A stretch of DNA of 64,000 bases from Moniliella sp. 'wahieum' (taxonomy: Eukaryota), in the NCBI GenBank assembly GCA_003971905.1, contig RSEE01000091.1, positions 124,001 through 188,000 of the forward strand. Reading direction: 5' to 3'. Below the pieces are notes generated by a model that saw only the letters and a list, made by a program, of their open reading frames with translations, was not told where the DNA came from and did no database searches. The position numbers and the translations under genes are program-made. Position 1 is the stretch's first letter. The number at the start of each line of letters is the position of its first letter. Below are positions 36,636-50,049 of this stretch, one piece after another.

Positions 36636-39017
36636 CTAACAAAACCGCAGTTTCAGTACACTCAATGGGTCCTCAGCCAATCGCGTGCCCGCGTGCCCCA
36701 GTCCCAGTGCACCTGCACCACATAAGGCTGATGGATGGCTTCCTTGCCCAGTCCATCGCGTCCGTCGCTGCCCTGAGGTTTGACCTTTCGGCGGATGGTG
36801 TTCAGCCGTGTCTCCTGCATCGATCATCCAATACGGGGGTTAACCACAGTTGCGCTGGCAATGGAAAGAGAGTACGTACTTGCGGTGGATGTATTTCCTG
36901 CAATAATGGAAGAAAAGCGCTGAATGCGACGGTGGCACTGGCCGGTGTGAGCAGGCAGGCGGACGGCGTCCATTGAGAACTGTAGTGCACGGTGCTCAAC
37001 ACTTGGTCCCCTCCGCACATGGGCCCAAGGGAAAAGTTCGTGCCCAACACTATTGGTTCAGGCTCCGAAGCATCCACCATTATGGCAGGCAGGGGGAGGT
37101 CGGTCACGCGAATCTCGTCTGGCCGTGACGCATGCTTCCAATCCACCAAACCATTCGCATCGATCCAACAACAAGATCGGCTTCAAGAGAGGCCTGGGCC
37201 TAAAGGGAGAATCTGCCGACGATTTGTACTGGCCAATCGCCGCGATGACTTTGTGCCTTCGTCACTTTCACATGCCAGTCGGGAACCAAGACAGGCAAAG
37301 AGCTCGGCCATCGTCGATAAGAGATCGCATTTGACGCGGCTTAAGATCTGCTTCCGTTCAAACAGGCTCCACAGCCGCACCTTGGAGCGCTGTGGTGGGC
37401 TGATATCAATAAAACACCATCCACGGATCAGAGCTCAGCGAGTGCGGGGCTAATATGGCAAGATAATGTTTGACCAGCACTAGACGCACCATCAAGCGCC
37501 TCGTGCTCTCGAGGAATAGAAAGACCCAGGTATCCGATGAGGGCCAGAAAGTAAACCCCCACATAGGTTGATGTGTTACGTCCAAATCTGGAAATGTAGG
37601 CGCGATTTTCAGGAACGAGTGACCTTGAGGGGTGGCTGGGCCTTGGAGCGTAAAATAGGACCGGGACATCTTCACTCCGGCTTGGGCCGACATGAGCTGG
37701 GTAACATTGAAGATGCATGTGCCAGTCGCACGTTCGAGAACGATCCACGTACGTTCGTTCCAAACATAGGCCCAATTCCGATCGATGCTAAGATGATGAG
37801 CGCCAACGATCCATGTCCTAGGATCGACTATATCGACGCGTTTCAGAAGTGCCACTTCATCCCTCCTCTCTCTGGAAAGGAGATTGTAAGTGTTGAGTTC
37901 AGCCTGGTCGTCGTCATTCGGTGAGTAGCTCCTGATGAGATTGATCCAGTCACCCACAGGTCAGGTACAAATTTTGTGCGCACGATTCTCATTTTAGGAT
38001 GAAGATCCACGCACAACGTAAACAAGTAAGGGTATTGAACGACAGCTGCGTAAATCTCATTTTGAAGTACAGCACGTCATAGGCTTCGTCCAATTCGTGG
38101 CATTCATCGGATCGAAACCCTCCAGAGGTGCATGCATTTGTCCGATACACCACCACACGTTGCTGGTGGTACTGGGACCCACCCTTGCTCGATAACGCCG
38201 TGGCCGTGGGCATTTCGACGAGCCACCGCAGCAAGACCCAGCCTTCTTCCTGCACCATCCCCCGTAAAGGGTTTCCCTTCCGGCCCCCGGAAACGCCAGA
38301 AGACGCGGGATTGTGAGTAGTCATATAATCCTTCATGACAGCTATGTCCTCAATTTGGTGGAATCGGGGATCGTCAAACTCTTTAATTTTCCGGCGCTGG
38401 TGCATAACGGTTGCCGGGGCAAACGTGGGTATGGGCAATTTAGCCTGCCCACACAGGCCAGCCATTGTATCGCACTGGGCACGAGGGAGAACCGTAGTAA
38501 GATGCGGGGCTGGAGATGGATCGGGGTTTGTTTGCCGAGGGCGTCGTCCCCAAAATAATGGATCCCTAGTCATCTGCTGGGGAGGGGGGATGGTTTGCTG
38601 GTGAGCAGAGAGGTTCCGGTCATGGTCCACCCAAACTCTTCCTCCAGCATCTCACAAGCAACAAGCAGTCCCTGCCACGTGCGCGTGCAACCTCAAAACC
38701 GGCACACTGATGGGGCCTGAGGGAGAGTGGTGGCCATGGATGGAAGATGGAGAAGAAGTAAAGCGACATGATGCCACAGCGTTTCGTCTTGCAAGATAGC
38801 ATGGAGGCCTGGGATGAGCACAGAGAGTTAGCGCATCCGACACTGAGTCCTGGATACTACAGATGTCGTTCCCCCCTGCAAGGCGATGCGTGGGGGGACA
38901 GGAGGGAACTGTGCGCGCACCAAGACACGTCCACGACAGGTGGATGAGTTCACGAGGTGCAAGGTGGCCGCTGGTGGCGATTTGCAGAAGGATCTCAAAT
39001 GGAAAGCGGTCGAGCAT
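36636..39017 (-). CDS. F-box protein, lineage-specific family, copy 2
   Basis: MLDRFPFEILLQIATSGHLAPRELIHLSWTC, the same intron as copy 1, then ...LQDETLWHH. Internal blocks WAYVWNERTW, DWKHASRPDEIRVTDLPLPA, EPIVLGTNFSL and LGLGHAGTRLAEDPLS are shared with copy 1. Confidence 0.78.
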
Positions 39018-39851
39018 TGCAGTTGATGGTGATATAATGAAGAGGGTCCGAGGTGTGTTGCAGGGATTGCAGGGGTTGGGGGATTCTCCAAAGCATCGAG
39101 GACACTGTGACCGTCCTATTATATACCGCGAGTGTGGCGCACAGAACAGCTATATGCATTCCCGGATTTCAACGCATATTCAGTTGTGAATTGAATAAGA
39201 GAGTCAGCGTGTCTGTGCGATATATATACGTAAATCACGTTCCCCTCATGTTGAGCCATCGGGTGGCTCGTGCTTTGGCCAACGCCGCATCAGTTCCTCC
39301 TCAGGCCTAGGAGTTCCGGTTTTCTCTCTCCTGTTTTTCCTTGTTCGGCAGCCTTGCCCCTGGGGGCAACTCGCTGCTCGATGATCCGCTAGGCGTGTCC
39401 TCGAGTTTAACCACCGCCACCACCAGTGCGATTGCGATTGCATTATCATCGAGGGCCATCGGGACTCCAGGTCTCATCACCGGCATCCCCTCAATCTGTA
39501 ATTAGGGGATAGGAGGAACCACCGCCACAGCTCGAGGTTCCCCCTTCGCTCTGGCCCTTTGGTGTGAATGAGGCGATCGGGTTATTTTCGAATATAAAGC
39601 ACCACATTTCGCAACCCTCTCATCGATGAAGCACAGATGTTAACTCTGCCCCGTAATATAGTGTACTACGATTTGACATTAGTGATAATTGAGGATGCTT
39701 TCAAAGCTACGGTCATCCATCGCAGCCGCACATGGAAGGGGCCCCAAACGCCACAATTATCCGTACCCACATTGCGCCCATCTTGCCGAACCTCGTAATT
39801 GGTCCGTCTGCGCACCGTTTTCGCAGCGGTTTAGTTTTCTGGAAAAAGGAT
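39018..39851 (-). repeat. Duplicated upstream region of F-box copy 2 (inverted relative to 62612-63434)
   Basis: Reverse complement aligns with 62612-63434, e.g. gtacggataattg(t/c)ggcgtttggggccccttccatgt, tcgtagtacactatattac and ggaactcctaggcctgaggaggaactga. Confidence 0.9.
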
Positions 39852-40881
39852 TTATACACGTTTCATATAACCTGTGATAGCCCTTCTGGTTGATACCTGC
39901 GCCGATGGATCAGGGACCTGACCAACAGGACTTGAGGACATATATGGACCCGTACGGGAAGTTGGTGCCTCCAATACCTAACCAAAACAGGGAGAAGGGC
40001 TCGGCCGTCGTCAATCACACAGTTTGGCCTCTCCGACATATGGATCTATAGGCATACAGAAGTGGACCGGGCGGGCACAAGAAAGCAAAGAGGGCGCGTC
40101 AGTTGGGGTCAGAAGAGGCTCAGCGGAGTCGACAACATTCAGGACAGGGCCCCCTGGCTCTTCCGCTCTTCGATCACTTCCAAAAATCGGATGTGGCGCG
40201 AGTGGATACGAATTATTAGCATGATAGAAATGTGAGCGTTGAACGTCTGCAACGTACGTGACTCTTCATGATATTCTTCAGTCTATTCTTCCTGTCCTCT
40301 ATTAACATCTTTCTTGCCTCGATCCTCCTCAGTGGTGACATATATAGTACCCGCGCGTCTCTCTTCGTCATAAGTCTAGCTGTTGAGCACACAGATGTGA
40401 CATGTGAGCAGGTTTTGAGAAGAAAGAGCGCATGAGCTCGCTGATTAGCTCTTCCTTTATGGCAAAGCTTTTTCGTTATATCGTGTGCTTCTCCGACAAT
40501 CAGCTTTTTGGCGGTGCCATTCTTTCACGACGGTAGCCAGGAGACCCATGTGGAGAATACATATGCATAGCAAGTTCCCACACGGACGCTTGTGGATCCC
40601 AGTCGATAAGTGTGGGTCGAAAACGACCGTTATTTCGACGCGACCCGCAAAAACCTGTCTTGCGGCGGCCCACACATGCGGCGCATCAGATCCATCAGAC
40701 ATCCGATCTCCGATCTCGAAGAGAGGCCCACGCAGCCGCCATCATGCATCAGGCATTGAATAATGATGCGGACTAGTGACTGGCTGACTGACAAGGCCGC
40801 TCTGTAAGCACCAAATAAACTGGGGCCTACTGGGGCACTGTGGGGCCCGCCGACCAGCCGAAACATGCAGCGCCACGTGCT

Positions 40882-40956
40882 GTGTCACATGCCACATCAC
40901 ATGTCACATGGATACGTCAAACGCCACGCGTCACGCGTCACACGTCACACGTCACC
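40882..40956. repeat. 7-bp periodic GTCAC/TCACATG array
   Basis: gtgtcacatgccacatcacatgtcacatg...cgcgtcacgcgtcacacgtcacacgtcacc. Confidence 0.7.
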
Positions 40957-42478
40957 GTTCGCACCTGCGATACATCAGCCTCAGAAGAGGAAAGACCACG
41001 CCAGGCCCCCCTGTGGGGTGAACCAATCTTACGGGGGGGATCATATATCAGGAAGCTGGGAGAGGGCACGTTCATTACTCTGGTGCTAGCTACTGCTGCG
41101 CCAGCGGTGCATATGCTTTCAACCATTTGGCATATGCAAAATGCATGGCATATATATACTTCCTGACATGTGGCATCACCTCCTTCGTCTGCACCACACG
41201 CTGATGGCTATCACGTGGAGAAGAGCACGTGCGTGCAGACCGCGAAAAACAGGGGGGCAGCCATGCCAGTCACGGATAATTCATAATGCATTTTATGGCA
41301 GACACGAGGTGTTCATCCCCAACAGCCAAGACACTCCTGGATAACTCGATAACCGCATACCGCGGGAGACATCTCGCAGCACAGCGCATTCCACATCCCA
41401 CCCACCTCCTCTTTCTCTCTTCCTTATTTGTTTTGGGGTTCATGGAAGCGGCACCATGTTCCGTTCACATTCTCTCCTTGCCGAACTGAACATGCTAATA
41501 GACGCCCACAGGATGCCGCACTTCCCTGGTAAGTATAGGTGGCTTTTCGATGTCCACATACGTATCAAAAAATACCCGGCTATGTGGCTTGATTTCTGTG
41601 TACACACACATCAATTTTCGTACAGGGTTGTCGATAAAATGTAACAAAATTCATGCCTATCGCATTGCACATCATCTAACGTCGTTTGTTGTTGATGCCT
41701 TTTTCACGCGTTGCCTTTCATATGCTAAGTTATCAGACCACACACCATTTCGCCTATCCGTTTCTTTTGTGGGGTGCGCTAGAATACGGCGTGTTATTCT
41801 CATCTGTGTTCTCCATCGAACCACAAATCGCATACTCCACACGCCAGTGTATAACCGGTGCATGCGGCCCGCGAATCAATATCAAGAGTGCCCAAACACT
41901 ATAGTTAATCATAGAATACAATGCGTATTAGCTTCATTACCAAAACCATGCCACCATGCTTGGGCATCTGTGGTATATAATTCAGTTAGAAATGCAAGGG
42001 ACCGCATGCGGCGATGTATATGTGGTAAAAGTTGAGGGGCAGACAGCATGCCTTTGGAGTATGTTACGGACACGATTGCTGCTATAGTACGCTTTGAGCA
42101 GAAACCAACTCTGAGAGCATCCACCGCATGTATAGCGATCATATGATGTGGTTGTCGTTCACACACACCTTCTTCAAAATGAGCGCTAAGTCCTAAGCCT
42201 AAGCGCTGAACCGAAAAGCCACTGTTATTTCTATCTTGGACACAGCCCACGTTCCCCCCGTGCAGATGGTCCTAATCGATCTATACGATGATACAAGCTT
42301 TAGGGGGAGTAGGGGCTACGTACGAAAGAGCCTCGCACCACAATAATGACAAAAACGGACATCCACACCATCGGCAAACGATATAAAGTGCACTCTTGTG
42401 TGTTGATGACCTTTCCATCTTCATCAGTAGCACACGGATTCTCTTCCTACTTTCATCTGCCCCACTGTCCGCACCCCC

Positions 42479-43810
42479 ATGCAGCTCACCATCTCTTCGC
42501 TCTTGGCTCTTGCCACCCTGGCGAGTGCGGCTCCCCTACAGCCGCGCGGCATGCCACACCAAGTCTCCCGCCCCGAGTCCTGGGGGGCACGGATCACTTG
42601 ACCGACGTGAGCGGCCAAGTGTCTACCACTACAGTCGCACGCAAGTCGACCGACCCTGGCGTACCTGACCTCCCCTTCCCGGTTGCATGGTACACCCAAG
42701 CGGCTGCTTTGGCCCAAGGGTGCTACTGCACTGGTTCTCTTTGAATGCCGGGACGAAAATCGGGGATGCAACCTTGCTTTCTCATGTTGGTGACGGAATG
42801 GACGAGCAGCAAAGTCTGGTGTACGTTTCTGATTCGCTTGGAATCGTCGTTGCCATCCAGGGCACCAACAGCAGTGCCCTCGAAAGCCTGTGGCACGATG
42901 TGGACTTCTTGTGGACGGAGCCCGATCCCGTTTTGGGTACTCAGGGGGTCGCAGATGGCGCCCTGGTTGATGGAGGGTTCCAAAATGCGTTCCTTGATAT
43001 TTGGGACTCGGTCCAGTCGATGGTTTCTCAAGCGCAACAACAGTACCCCGGGCGCAACTTGACGATTGTTGGCCATTCCCTCGGCGCGTCCATTGCACAA
43101 CTGGTAGCTGTTGCGTTTGGCAACAAGGCCAACACGGTTATCACTTGTACGTTTTCTCTTTTCATCATTCTTTCCGCCTTTGCTCTAGATTTCATTGCAA
43201 AGAGCAACAAGCGAGAAGAATGGAAGTCCCACCATTGACCTGATACTGACCACTGCCTAATCCATATACACACACATCAGTCGGTCAGCCGCGGGTGGGG
43301 AACCAAGCCTGGGCCGATTACGTTGACTCTCTCTTTGGGCCCAGCAAGTTCAACCACGTTACCAACGGTCAGGATTGGGTCCCGCATGTGGTGCCCTATG
43401 CCTTTGGCGCGCGTCACCCCCAAGGGGAAGTATGGATCAACCCTGCCAACTCGACCAGCGTACGTGTCCCGGCTTCCCTATCTCCCTCCCCCTACCGTTT
43501 CCCCCTCACATGCGCTCGCACCGTCATCCTGGGCTGCCCAGGTGAGAAACCGGGTGGTCAAAAACAGGGGGGGGGGAGTATAAACTCGCGTGTGGAAGAG
43601 CTCTTTTCTGACTGAAAATCCTTATGCACTCTTGCATTTTTGCTCTATTTGTTGCAGTGGATGTTCTACCCTGGCCAAGAAAACGTGAACGGTGCTGATT
43701 CTGTCGCATACGACTTATCCTTGCAATGGGGAGACCATGAGGGGTACTATATGCACACCTGGATGGCTGCTAGGGGTGGCAATTGCCCCACCCAGTTGGG
43801 GGGTTACTAA
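42479..43810 (+). CDS. Secreted class 3 lipase, SMG1-like mono/diacylglycerol lipase
   Basis: Signal peptide MQLTISSLLALATLASAAP; SLGIVVAIQGTN; GHSLG; ITFGQPRVGN across intron 43147-43280; NGQDWVPHV; EVWINPANST, intron 43460-43657, FYPGQENVNG...DHEGYYMHT...GNCP. Motif order follows Malassezia globosa SMG1. Confidence 0.9.
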
Positions 43811-44235
43811 TATCGAGACTTTCCATATGTCTTGTATGAGGCACTGCTTCATTGGGCCAGGAAACTGTGCCCCTTCCACACTCTCTGCCTGGGACTTGTC
43901 TCCTTTTGTCACAAAACACGGGGGCGATGCGATATCAGTACTACGTACTTTTGTATATTTTGTTCTCAGTCCATCACAGTCTCTCTCTCACATGCACTTC
44001 ACAACAGTAGGATAGTGTCTATGCATTTTGGAGTGTATAAAGCGGACGAGAAGAAAAGAAGAAAAACGGTACACGGTAGTAGTGTTCGCGAACACGGACA
44101 AGCGACCAGGGGCCAACATCAGCGCCATCAGCATATAGCAAGGCATGGCGCCATGATGGTATATATCACTGGGGCTTGCCCAAAAGGAGGATAGAGTCGG
44201 ACAAAAGAGAGGAGAGGTGGATTTTAGACAAAAAA

Positions 44236-44323
44236 CGAATCCTGCCGGGGTCGAACCGACGACCATTACCATAACTCTCGGGCTTAACCGGAAAGTAACA
44301 CTCTGCCACTGAGCTAAGGATCC
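44236..44323 (-). tRNA. tRNA-Arg(CCG) with about 16-nt intron
   Basis: GGATCCT/AGGATTC acceptor stem, TAGCTCAGTGGCAGAGT D-arm, TTACT-TTCCGG[intron]T-GGTAA anticodon arm, GTCGG-TTCGACC-CCGGC T-arm, then a TTTTTT Pol III terminator. Confidence 0.88.
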
Positions 44324-44468
44324 TTACCTGTTTTGGTTGGGCAAACGAAGTGCGGAGGAGCAGTACTGATGTGTGGTGCCTGCTCTACGTACTCGGCGTA
44401 ACTCTAGCATGGGCCCTCCCTAGCACAGCCAAGCACAGCCAAACACAGCCCCTAAGCGCAGCCCCTGA

Positions 44469-44590
44469 CGACATGTGACATGTGACATGTGACCGGTGAC
44501 CGGTGACTGACACAGCATGATGCACATGATGCATGATGCATGACGTGCATGACGTCAGATTGCCGCCCCTGGGACATGTGATGCATGATG
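44469..44590. repeat. 7-bp periodic GTGAC/ATGATGC array
   Basis: gacatgtgacatgtgacatgtgaccggtgaccggtgactga...catgatgcacatgatgcatgatgcatgacgtgcatgacgtca. Confidence 0.75.
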
Positions 44591-44680
44591 CCCGGTTAAA
44601 TAAAACCCCCCAATAGCTCAAGTTGTGCTGCAGCGTTTCTGCGCTTTGATAGTGCCACCATCTCCATCATCGCCTTTTGA

Positions 44681-45380
44681 ATGTCCTCATCGCCAACCTC
44701 ACCGCCGTCCAGGTCCTCCGGGGGCCTGCTTGAACCAGGCCATCGCTATCCACTCGGTGCGATATTGGGCGTCTTCATCTTCGGTTACTTCGAGCAGTTC
44801 ATGGCCAAAGCCCTCTTATCGGGCTTGACACAGTTTCTTGATACTCCTCACACGCAGGGCAAACGGTGATTGCGTACCTTGTGGCGGGCAGGGGGCTCGT
44901 TTTCCTCTCTTTGGTACCCTGGGTTGGATGGGTCCGCGCCGCAGCCATGGACTTTGTTGCTTACGGTATCTTGGTGGTTGGGGCTGCGTTAATGTCCCAC
45001 GGGCATGGCACAGCGGTCGCAACGCTATGCTTTGGTGTTTTATCCTCTCCATGGCAGGTCTTTCTGGTACGTCAAATGTTCTCCCTTTCTCCTGCTCGAC
45101 TCGTTAGCACTGTCCTTGCACGTCCTAGGCCAAGGGTTGAGTACGGTCGAGCCAATCATTCTCTGTAGCAATGTTTCCCCCTGCTAACGACATTCCTTGC
45201 CAGGGATGGAATGTGGCCTTGGACATAGGACGGGGGCTGTGCGCAATGCTCAAATCGCATTTGGGTGTGGGCCAGGCCGTGGCGAGACTGCCGCCTTCCC
45301 CTATTCTAAGACATACCTCCTATCTTGATTATGTCGCGCCATGCCATGGATACCTCTCCGCGCCGAAGCAAAAAGGTTGA
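44681..45380 (+). CDS. Hypothetical small multi-pass membrane protein
   Basis: AT-rich TATA-like ttaaataaaa at about 44596. Two abutting ORFs with hydrophobic segments (LGAILGVFIFGYF; IAYLVAGRGLVFLSLVPW; FVAYGILVVGAAL) join by one frameshift. Plausible intron GTACGT 45067...CTAAC...CCAG 45203. Confidence 0.4.
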
Positions 45381-47602
45381 GCACGTCTTTCCTCGGTCGT
45401 ACGACCCATGCTGGTGTTGAGGGTACTGCTAGGGTTCTCCTGCGCGACCCTCAATGGATCGGTGACGCTCGCCTAGCCGAGCGGAAGCGTTCCGCTCGCA
45501 GGCTGCGCACGCCTGCTCGCTCCATCTCCCTTCTCTCTCTCCTTTCTCCTTCCCTTCAGACGTTGCTTGAAGACTTGTGGCTCACCACTTGCCTTCACGC
45601 CTTGTCTGAAGGCTGCTTTGCAGCTGATCCATAGGATCGCGAGTGCTCCCAAGTCGCCCTCTAGCACCTGGAAGTTTGCCTTTCTATTGTGTCTTACTGG
45701 TGCTTTTAACGTGACCTAACGTAGGGAAGAGAGCGCTCAATTCCTTGTGCGTTTGTTTTCAAAATGCTCGTCGAAATATATAACCCCAATTGCTCAGTCT
45801 GTTGCTTCACTTCATCGCTTTGGGGTGTTATGCAATCCGGCTCGCGACTAATGTAGTGACTATAGACGGGTTGGTGGCAGCGACTAGTGCAGTTTCTGCC
45901 TCAGCTGTAACATAATCTTGTGTGTGATCCTCCCTCGTCAACGAGAAGCACTTAGGCACTAAAGAGGAAGAGCCAGTCGGGACACTCCACCTGGTCTCCT
46001 TGGCGCGCAAGGGAAGACGCCAAGGCATAGCCAACGCCAGCGCCAGCGCATGCTCTGCCCCGGTTGAGCAGATGCACCTTTGCCCGATGTCCAGAGCTTC
46101 TTTTTCCCCAAATCCGAGGTGATCAGGAGGCGCATACACTTGACCCCAGCCCAGGGCAGCTTGATACAGTGGATTTGTGGGTTGTTCCGCAGAACGGACT
46201 GGATGATGTTAATATGGGTGGGAAGGTAATCGACCCAGACAATGGTGGTCGTCTTGCTGTCAATCTGTGGTCCGACACAACCGGACCGCCTTCTGAAACG
46301 TGGAAATCCGGTCGGCCATCTGGGGCTCTGGCGGGTAGACGAAGAGGGTGCCGTTGGAGCTGGGACGGAGCTCTGGTGAGTCGATAACTTCTCAATTATT
46401 TGGTGTCTCTGGTCTTGGACGCAAGAAGCGCGCTAGTAAGCCCTCAGTTGAGCCTCCGCGGTGGATCTGGACGTCAGTTTCCTGATCTAAGCGTCTCTCG
46501 TTTTCGGTGTAAGATTCCCCCTCAAGCTCGCAAGCCTTATTTTGCGTTTTTAGCTGAGGGCGGAGAACCTCTATCCTGGACCTTGGGCATTTTGCAGAAG
46601 ACCAACACTGCAGGGAGCAGGCGGTTGATGGTGTTTTGCATTGCACATGAGGAACCGTAAGGTTCCAGGCTCTCAGGCTAATAAGTTTCCGTTCCTGGCG
46701 GAGTGTGGGAATGGTCTGTGCTGATTCTTGGGGGAGCCACTGATCTCGATTGGTTTCCCCTTTCTTCGTTGTGTTGCCTATGCCTTATTGATCCAGCCTA
46801 TGGAAGTGCCCACGGTGTCTTTGCCTATACGGAGTACCAACTGGTGGTCAAAACAATGGTGGCGGCTTCTTCAGCCTGTGTTCACATGTTCACACCCCGG
46901 CGGCAATTCGAAGGACGATGTCGGTGTGCCTGAGGGCGGGCTGTGGGCGACCAGATCCACGTTGACTTGGATGATAAAAGGCAAAGACTTATTAGTGTTG
47001 GTTCCCATTGTGTCGTCCATAGGAGAGGAGTCGTGTCACATGTCAGGGTCAGGCCTCAGGAGGAACACGACTATATCTGCTTTGGATGCTTGTGTAAACA
47101 ATAAACTAAGGCTGAGGCGGCGGGGCGTGGGCGACGTCCGCGTGAAAGAAGGGATAACCGATGACCGATGATCGATGAGACCGCCGCTGGTGGGCGGTGG
47201 GCGCTGGGCGCTGAGCTGCAGTGGCTGCTTGGATCCCGCAGGGCCGGTGGCGGACACTTGCCGGATGCGTGGCGGGCGGGACGCTGGGGCTGGCATTTTT
47301 AGGTTCTGACCTGGCTAGTCTGAGATCTGCGGAGGGCCTGACTGGCGGACTAGTGGAGTGGCCAGTGCTAGTGCCAGTGCTAGTGCTCGTGACTAGCACT
47401 TGCGACTGCGTCACCAGCGACTAGCTGATTGTTGACAACGTTCACACTAATCCCGCTGGCTGGCTGCTGGCCCGGCGGGGGCGCATGAAAAAGCCACCGC
47501 CCGCGTCGTCCCTTGCTTCGCCCAGTGGATAAAGAGGGCGCAGGTCCTCACCTCCCCCCTCTCCCCATCCATCCTGCGCCCCCTCCTCCCCAACCCACGG
47601 CC

Positions 47603-49302
47603 ATGCCACCTCAGACCCTGCGATCCAGCTTCTTCCCTACCCCCGTGTTGCCCCGTGGCAATCTGGTCGCCACGCTGCACAGCAACCCCAACGGCGCCCC
47701 AGACTCGGCCCCGGCCTTTATCCGCGCCTCGGATGGCAAGGTGCTTACGCGCGGCGAGGTAATCCACACCACCTCTTACCGCTTTGCCCATGCATTGGTG
47801 CACAAGCTCAACCTCGCTCCCGGGGATACTGTCGCGCTTGTTGCGGGCAACTCGACGTTGTACCCGGTGATTGTGCATGCCTGCCTCGCTGCGGGCGTGG
47901 TGGTGGTGCCGCTCAATGCAGCGTATACCTCTGACGAGCTTTCCCACCCCTTTGCCGATGCTGCGGTCAAGTACGTCTTGGTCCAGCCGCAGGATGCATC
48001 GGTCGTAGCTGTGCGTACAGCCCTGGAGAAGATCGGCCACCCACGCGCCAATGCGCCGGACACGGTCTGGCTCCTGTCCGACGATGATGTGTTGGCTCAG
48101 GGGGCAGGCGGTGAAAAGGATCTACGCACCCTATTGGATCAACAGGAGCTTGCACCCATTCCCATTCGCGATCCGGAAAACACGCCTGCCTTCATCGCCT
48201 ATTCGTCGGGAACGACGGGCCGGTCCAAAGGCGCAATCCTGAGCCATACCAATATGACCTCATGCTGTGTTTACATGACGGAGATCACCAAGCTTTTCCT
48301 CTCGGCTGGCACGATGACCATGGCGGTTCTTCCGATGCAACATGTGTTTTGCCTCACATTCCATGTGCATCACACCTTTTACATTGGTGCGCCGTGTGTC
48401 GTGCTCGATTCGTTTTCGCTGGCCAAGTTTTGTTCGGCCATTCAGCAGTTCAAGGTGGAGTGGACCTCGGTTGCTCCTCCCATCCTACTCCTCCTGGCCA
48501 AAGTCCGATGTGGAGAAGTACGACCTTCGCTCCCTTGTTGCAGTGCAATCGGGTGCGGCGCCACTCTCGTCGGCGCTTGTGTCCGAGGTCGAAAAGCGCT
48601 TTCCCATCTCAAGATTGCCAATGGTTACGGGTTGACCGAAGCCAGTCCCTTGGTCTGCATGGACGACCCCAAAGTTAGTGCAGCGCATGGGAACCGAGGT
48701 AGCGCCAACCGTTTGATCCCTGGGCTGGAAGTGCGCCTGGTGAATGACGAAGGGAAGGATGTGGGACTGACCGAGGGCGAAGGTCCTGATGGAGCGACGT
48801 TATCGGGCGAAGTATGGTTGCGTGGACCCACAATCTTCCGAGGGTACCTGAACAATGACCAGGCCAATGCCGAATCGTTCGCTCCCGAAGGGTGGTACCG
48901 CACCGGCGACCTCGGTTCCTTCCGCCAAGGTCGGCTGACAATCGAGGAACGGCTCAAGCAAGTAATCAAAGTGGGCGGAAGGCAAGTGGCCCCGTCGGAG
49001 CTAGAGGCGATCTGCTCACGCATCCCAAGGTCGCAGATGCAGCGGTGGTGCCCTTGTACGTGGAGGAAAAGTCGGACGAGTACCCATTGGCGTACATTGT
49101 GGTCAAGCCCGAGTTCAAGGGAGACAAGAGCGTGCCGGAGGATGTACGCGCATACGTGGATGGCAAGGTGGTGTACTACAAGCGCCTTAGGGGAGGCGTG
49201 CGCATCATCGATGCCATCCCCAAGTCCCCGTCGGGCAAGATTCTGCATCGCATCCTCCGGGACCAGCTCAAGGCAGAGCAGGCTCCCAAGGCTAAACTTT
49301 AG
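47603..49302 (+). CDS. 4-coumarate-CoA-ligase-like AMP-dependent acyl-CoA ligase with C-terminal PTS1 (AKL)
   Basis: AFIAYSSGTTGRSKG, GYGLTEASP, GEVWLRGPTIFRGYLNN, GWYRTGDLG, RLKQVIKVGGRQVAPSELE, IPKSPSGKILHR; ends QAPKAKL*. Confidence 0.93.
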
Positions 49303-50049
49303 CAACCTCCTCCCCTGAGCCGTCGTTGCGGCGTCACCACTCCGAATGCGCAATTACGGCTGACCGGTACAATGGCGATTCCCCTTTCCCTTTCGGGGAA
49401 AGAAAGAGACTAGGCTCAACAAGTTGAATCGATAAGAATGAGCTGAACTATCCTGCTTTGTCCATGTTATTGTCAGCAGCCAAGAACTAGAGATGCTGAG
49501 GCCTAGCAGCCAGGAGGTGTGTGGGTATGGGGTAGAGAGAATTGGTCCACACGTGGGAGTGAACCTTGGGAGGTCAGATAGTATTATGGAATGGTGGCAT
49601 CGTGGTCACTGTGGTCTTCAAACCCGGAGGGCGAGCTCGGTAAAGACATCAAGGGATGGAGAAGCAGATGACAGAATGGTGTGAGTGACCCGCCACTACA
49701 CCAGTGTGGCACCGCACTGATCATCTCGACCATCGCTCAAGTGCATTGGGGGGGGGGGGGGGATTGCGAGCCCCCCGACAGATGAAGAGATCATCAATAT
49801 AACACGGGTTGTGGATAGTATCCAATGAGGTCAGTTTTCATAGCCACAGATGGATGTTTTTACGGGCTGCGTTGGACCCGAGATTGTCCGATCCAAGCTA
49901 AGGCCCTTGTTCCGCACATGTCCACTGGTGGAGCGTGCTTCGCAGTTCAACCAAAAGAGTGATGACGGTTGGTTAAATTAGGTACGGTGGCCCCGAGGGA
50001 CCATGCATCAGTCCGCGCGACAATAGTCCCCCCGCCCAAGTCCAAGTCG

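Noticed and set aside
28714..39851. F-box units as an autonomous transposon, or as TIRs of a composite element
   Set aside because: No transposase, RT or helicase motifs and no TSD or terminal repeats seen; copies 1 and 2 are too diverged to be element ends.
44469..44590. CRISPR-like array
   Set aside because: Eukaryotic context, and the units are short tandem repeats with no unique spacers.
45800..47100. Possible degenerate gene or transposon between the membrane ORF and the CoA ligase
   Set aside because: Only short ORFs with no recognisable motif.
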